The translations under genes were made by a program, and so were the position numbers. A stretch of DNA of 28,613 nucleotides from a virus (taxonomy: Duplodnaviria; Caudoviricetes): positions 1 to 28,613 of the IMG/VR virus record IMGVR_UViG_3300025781_000045; one strand, given 5' to 3'. The notes under the pieces are model-generated. The model was not told where the DNA came from. It worked only from the letters and a program-made list of their open reading frames with translations, and ran no database searches. Below are positions 25,187-28,613 of the stretch, piece after piece (positions within the stretch are counted from its first letter, which is position 1; each line of letters begins with the position of its first letter).

Positions 25187-27448
25187 ATGCCATTATGGAG
25201 AAGCACTGACAGCGCAAATGGTGCACCAAAATTTCTAGGTGTACTTGCTAAGGATAAGTCCTATGCGCAGGTTGCAAACGTAGTAACTACCGGTACTTTT
25301 ACACAAGGTAGTAATGTCATTAGTTCATTGGCAACTACTACAGGCGTCAATATCAATCAATTAATTAGTTCAAGCACAGTTTTAGCTAACGTATCACCTG
25401 GTGCTATTGTTACTGCTGTAATCAATTCAAGTGCAGTTCAAATGTCTCAAACATTTGCTGGCACAACTGCTACTGGTGCTGCAGTTACTTTCCAAAATGA
25501 TGGAGTCAGAGGATATAATCTTTATCAAAATACAACTCCTGGCGCATTTATTAATAATATGACAGTTGGACTTTGGAATCTTTTAAATATTCCAAATTAT
25601 GTTACAATTACTGCAAATACTATTTCTGGCAATAACATTCTAACTAATCCAACTGCCGGATTTTCAAATACTCAAACAGGAGCAGTTACTCAAAGTAATA
25701 ATATAATGATTGTTACTTCAACTGCAAATATTATTCCCGGTCAAGCCATCTATTCAACTGCCGCAAATACTACTGGTGGTTCACCCGTTTGGGCAAATAA
25801 CGTAGCTGTTGCTAATGTTATTAATTCTACTGCAGTTCTATTATCTGCACCATCAACATTAACCAATGCTGCAGCATCATTCTACTTCTCAAATATTGCT
25901 CCAGGAATGATTGCAGCTGGTAATAATTTACCAGCTTTATCTTCAAATACTGGAACATATTCAACTGCAGTTACTACAATTACTGGTACAATTTCAAATG
26001 GTACTATTGGATCAAATGGTAATATTCTAAATGTTACAGCTTTTACTGGTCCTCCTCTTGGCATTGGTCAAGAGTTATTGGCCAATTCCACACTTGCAAT
26101 TGCTAATGGAACATATGTTGTTTCTTCAACTGCAACAAATGGTATTGGTAACTATGTATTGAGCTCAAATTCAATCTCTAATGGTGCATCTGGTGCTGCT
26201 ATTTCAATGTCTACAGTAATTCCAAAAGTGGTTTCAGTTAATGCTACAGCAATTGTTCTTTCTGCAAATGCTTATGCTATTGGTTCTGCTACCGGTAATA
26301 CTGTAACATTCTCAACATATGAAATGACGGCTTCAAATGTTGGTGCTACATCTGCAGGTTGGGTTGAAGTAAAATATGGCACAGGTCCAGTAGCTAGCTT
26401 TGGTGTTAATAGCACAGCTACTTCTGGATATTCAAATGGTGAAACTGTAATCGTTTCTGGTGGTACTGCCAATGCTCTTGGAGTCATCACTACAAATACA
26501 GGTTCTGGTCAAGTTGGTGCAAATATCGCATCAATTGCAGTAGCATATCCTGGTTCTGGATTTACAAACTCATCTTCATTAACCTATACATATCAACATC
26601 AACTTCATCTAGCTAACGTTACAATTTCTGGTTCACCTACTGGAGCGTTTGCTAATGGCGATACTATCAATGTAACTTGTACATATCCACTAGCAAACGT
26701 AACCGGCTATATTACTGGAACTATTCTAATTGTTACCAATAATCAGACTGGAACGTTATCTGTTGGAAATATTCTTAAAGGTGGTGCTACATTTACTGCC
26801 AATCTAATCAATGGAAATAATCAGCTAACTAATCTATCTTCAAATGCTGGTATTATTCCTGGTCAGCTTATCACATCAACAACTTCAGGTATTGCTACTG
26901 GAACAGTAGTTACTTCAGTTAATTCTACTGTCGTAGTTATGTCTTCACCTTTTACAGGAACAAATACTACTAGTGCATCAGTAACAACAGCTATTGCATC
27001 AAATACACAGATTCTTTCACAGCTAAGTGGCTCATCTGGAGGTAATGGTACATATGCACTATCAACCTCTCAGTTTGTTGCTAATTCTGCTAACGTATTC
27101 AATAATTTTGTGTCTACTGGACAAATTGTTGCAGCTGTTGCTACAGTAGTTAACTCAGCCGCAGCAGTTGCAAATAACTTAGTCAATGTATCTTCAGTAG
27201 GATTGTTTACATCTGGCTTAACTGCAGCAAATCTAGTATTCACTTATTCAAATACTGGTGGTGGTACATATACTACTGGTTATACTTTTGGTGGATCATT
27301 TGCTACTGTCAGTTCTGGTGCTTCTGCAAATGCCGTCCTTGGTGGCCGCGCAAATCGCGTAACTTCAGAAACTATTGTTGCTCTAACTGGTACAAGTCCA
27401 TATGTAACTGAAAACGCAGCAGATAATAATACTATACCTAATTCATAA
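25187..27448 (+). CDS. Virion fibre/decoration-like protein with repeated beta modules
   Basis: MPLW...APKF N-terminus, AGWV, GGRANRVTSETIVAL C-terminus; almost uncharged T/S/N/G/A/V interior with repeats. Confidence 0.75.
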   Translation: MPLWRSTDSANGAPKFLGVLAKDKSYAQVANVVTTGTFTQGSNVISSLATTTGVNINQLISSSTVLANVSPGAIVTAVINSSAVQMSQTFAGTTATGAAVTFQNDGVRGYNLYQNTTPGAFINNMTVGLWNLLNIPNYVTITANTISGNNILTNPTAGFSNTQTGAVTQSNNIMIVTSTANIIPGQAIYSTAANTTGGSPVWANNVAVANVINSTAVLLSAPSTLTNAAASFYFSNIAPGMIAAGNNLPALSSNTGTYSTAVTTITGTISNGTIGSNGNILNVTAFTGPPLGIGQELLANSTLAIANGTYVVSSTATNGIGNYVLSSNSISNGASGAAISMSTVIPKVVSVNATAIVLSANAYAIGSATGNTVTFSTYEMTASNVGATSAGWVEVKYGTGPVASFGVNSTATSGYSNGETVIVSGGTANALGVITTNTGSGQVGANIASIAVAYPGSGFTNSSSLTYTYQHQLHLANVTISGSPTGAFANGDTINVTCTYPLANVTGYITGTILIVTNNQTGTLSVGNILKGGATFTANLINGNNQLTNLSSNAGIIPGQLITSTTSGIATGTVVTSVNSTVVVMSSPFTGTNTTSASVTTAIASNTQILSQLSGSSGGNGTYALSTSQFVANSANVFNNFVSTGQIVAAVATVVNSAAAVANNLVNVSSVGLFTSGLTAANLVFTYSNTGGGTYTTGYTFGGSFATVSSGASANAVLGGRANRVTSETIVALTGTSPYVTENAADNNTIPNS

Positions 27449-27468
27449 TTTTATTAAGAGGTTAATTC

Positions 27469-28494
27469 ATGTCTAATGGTCCTAAAAAGATTACTGAACT
27501 TCCCACTGCTGGGTCATTTGCAAATACGGACCTATTAGTACTTGTTGGAAATACAGGAGCAACACCGACGACGTATTCTATTACTCCGGCGGTGTTGCTT
27601 TCTGGAACTTCTGGATATACTGCAAATAATACAAATTATGTTGGTAGTGTAACCGCCTCAAATGTAGTTTCTAATGCACAATTATCTGCTAATCTAGCAA
27701 ATTATGCTTTATTAAGTGGAGCTGCATTTACAAATACTGTTTCTATTAGCAATACACTTTCTGTTGGAAATACATCAGCAAATGTATTCATTGGTTATAA
27801 TTCAACAGATTTAACCATTGCTGAATTTGCTGGTACTTCTAATAATTATCAAGCCATTTTTATTAGAAATGCTAACTCTGGTACTCAATCATCAGCAGAT
27901 TTAACAATATATAATGATTCATTTTCTACTACTGTAGATAAGTGGATTGATATGGGTATTGTAAGTTCTAATTGGTCAAATTCCACATGGACTATTGGTA
28001 ATGCAAATGATGCTTATGTATATACTGGCAATAGTAATCTAAGCATTGGTGCTAACGGTGCAAATTATATAAACTTTTTTACCGGCGGTACACTTATTAC
28101 TAATGAAAGAATGCGAATTGATGCTACTGGAAATGTTAATATTGGAAATCAATCCAGTGGAGCAGCATCTCTTACTGTTGGAAATACAGTAACAAATGTT
28201 GTAATTAATTCTACATCAGTTTCAATTGGTTCTGCTACTGCTGCTGCCAATGGATTTGTTAATCTTCCAAATGGATTAAAGATGAATTGGGGATGGGTAT
28301 CTTCAAATAGTAGTGTAGGTGCTGTAACATTTACTTCACCATTTACAATAAATGCATTTTCAATTACTGCTACAAGTAATACTGCTGTAGCAACATATGG
28401 CGCTGCAGTAACTGCATGGACAAAGAATGGTGCTACTATTTTGACTGCAAATATTGCATCTACCAATGTATTCTGGCTAGCCATTGGCCAATAA
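27469..28494 (+). CDS. Tail fibre-like protein
   Basis: KKITELP N-terminus, ERMRIDATGNVNIG, C-terminal G-x-x-x-LPNGL-x-x-x-WG...F-x-x-PF...FWLAIG domain. Confidence 0.75.
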   Translation: MSNGPKKITELPTAGSFANTDLLVLVGNTGATPTTYSITPAVLLSGTSGYTANNTNYVGSVTASNVVSNAQLSANLANYALLSGAAFTNTVSISNTLSVGNTSANVFIGYNSTDLTIAEFAGTSNNYQAIFIRNANSGTQSSADLTIYNDSFSTTVDKWIDMGIVSSNWSNSTWTIGNANDAYVYTGNSNLSIGANGANYINFFTGGTLITNERMRIDATGNVNIGNQSSGAASLTVGNTVTNVVINSTSVSIGSATAAANGFVNLPNGLKMNWGWVSSNSSVGAVTFTSPFTINAFSITATSNTAVATYGAAVTAWTKNGATILTANIASTNVFWLAIGQ

Positions 28495-28506
28495 CGATTA
28501 ATTTAA

Positions 28507-28613
28507 ATGTATGAAAAATTAGACGAAACCAATTTTTTACTTTATGCTGCTAGAAATTATGAAAATCCTCAATGTTATGATACATTAGAATTTTATGATG
28601 ATCTAAAAAGATT
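28507..28613 (+). CDS. Conserved T4-like hypothetical protein (partial)
   Basis: MYEKLDETNFLLYAARNYENPQC-x-x-x-x-EF-x-DDLKR. Confidence 0.8.
   Translation, partial: MYEKLDETNFLLYAARNYENPQCYDTLEFYDDLKR

Noticed and set aside
1-28613. Genome-wide stop-codon reassignment, prompted by the TGA/TAG in 4185-4301
   Set aside because: Core genes are full length in code 11, TAG and TGA end genes at the expected places (gp3, prx, DenV-like), and no suppressor tRNA is seen.
1-28613. Apparent excess of CCGG/GGCC sites in AT-rich DNA
   Set aside because: By-eye impression only and largely explicable by Thr/Ala/Ser-Gly codon pairs; it needs a codon-aware Markov test.

Overview
AT-rich fragment of a large T4-like (Tevenvirinae-related) myophage genome in the standard genetic code. 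The left end holds a minus-strand core block (gp3 tail terminator, uvsY, partial uvsW). The rest is on the plus strand. It starts with a tRNA-containing accessory region: tRNA-Arg/Thr/Gly, a broken tRNA-Asn, a very atypical tRNA with anticodon UAU, a HAD phosphatase, peroxiredoxin, HNH protein, SleB hydrolase and glutaredoxin. Next is a conserved early/middle block (glycosyltransferase, RNase H, SpeD, FmdB-like, PhoH, exonuclease, M15 endolysin, deaminase, DenV-like glycosylase). Last is a late block after TATAAATA promoters (DUF6267-like ligase-fold protein, nuclease-nucleotidyltransferase fusion, SOD, Dps, modular head proteins, fibre proteins). The best candidate for an undescribed system is a set of late enzymes, several of them unusually His-rich, that carry T4-style capsid-targeting/prohead-protease motifs and may form a virion-packaged, injected enzyme kit. 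Also notable are the long-variable-arm, short-D-arm tRNA(UAU), a multibranch RNA leader before sleB, a tRNA-crossover scar next to the higher-GC peroxiredoxin, and nested domain insertions in a fibre protein. All family calls come from reading motifs by eye; no database search was run.
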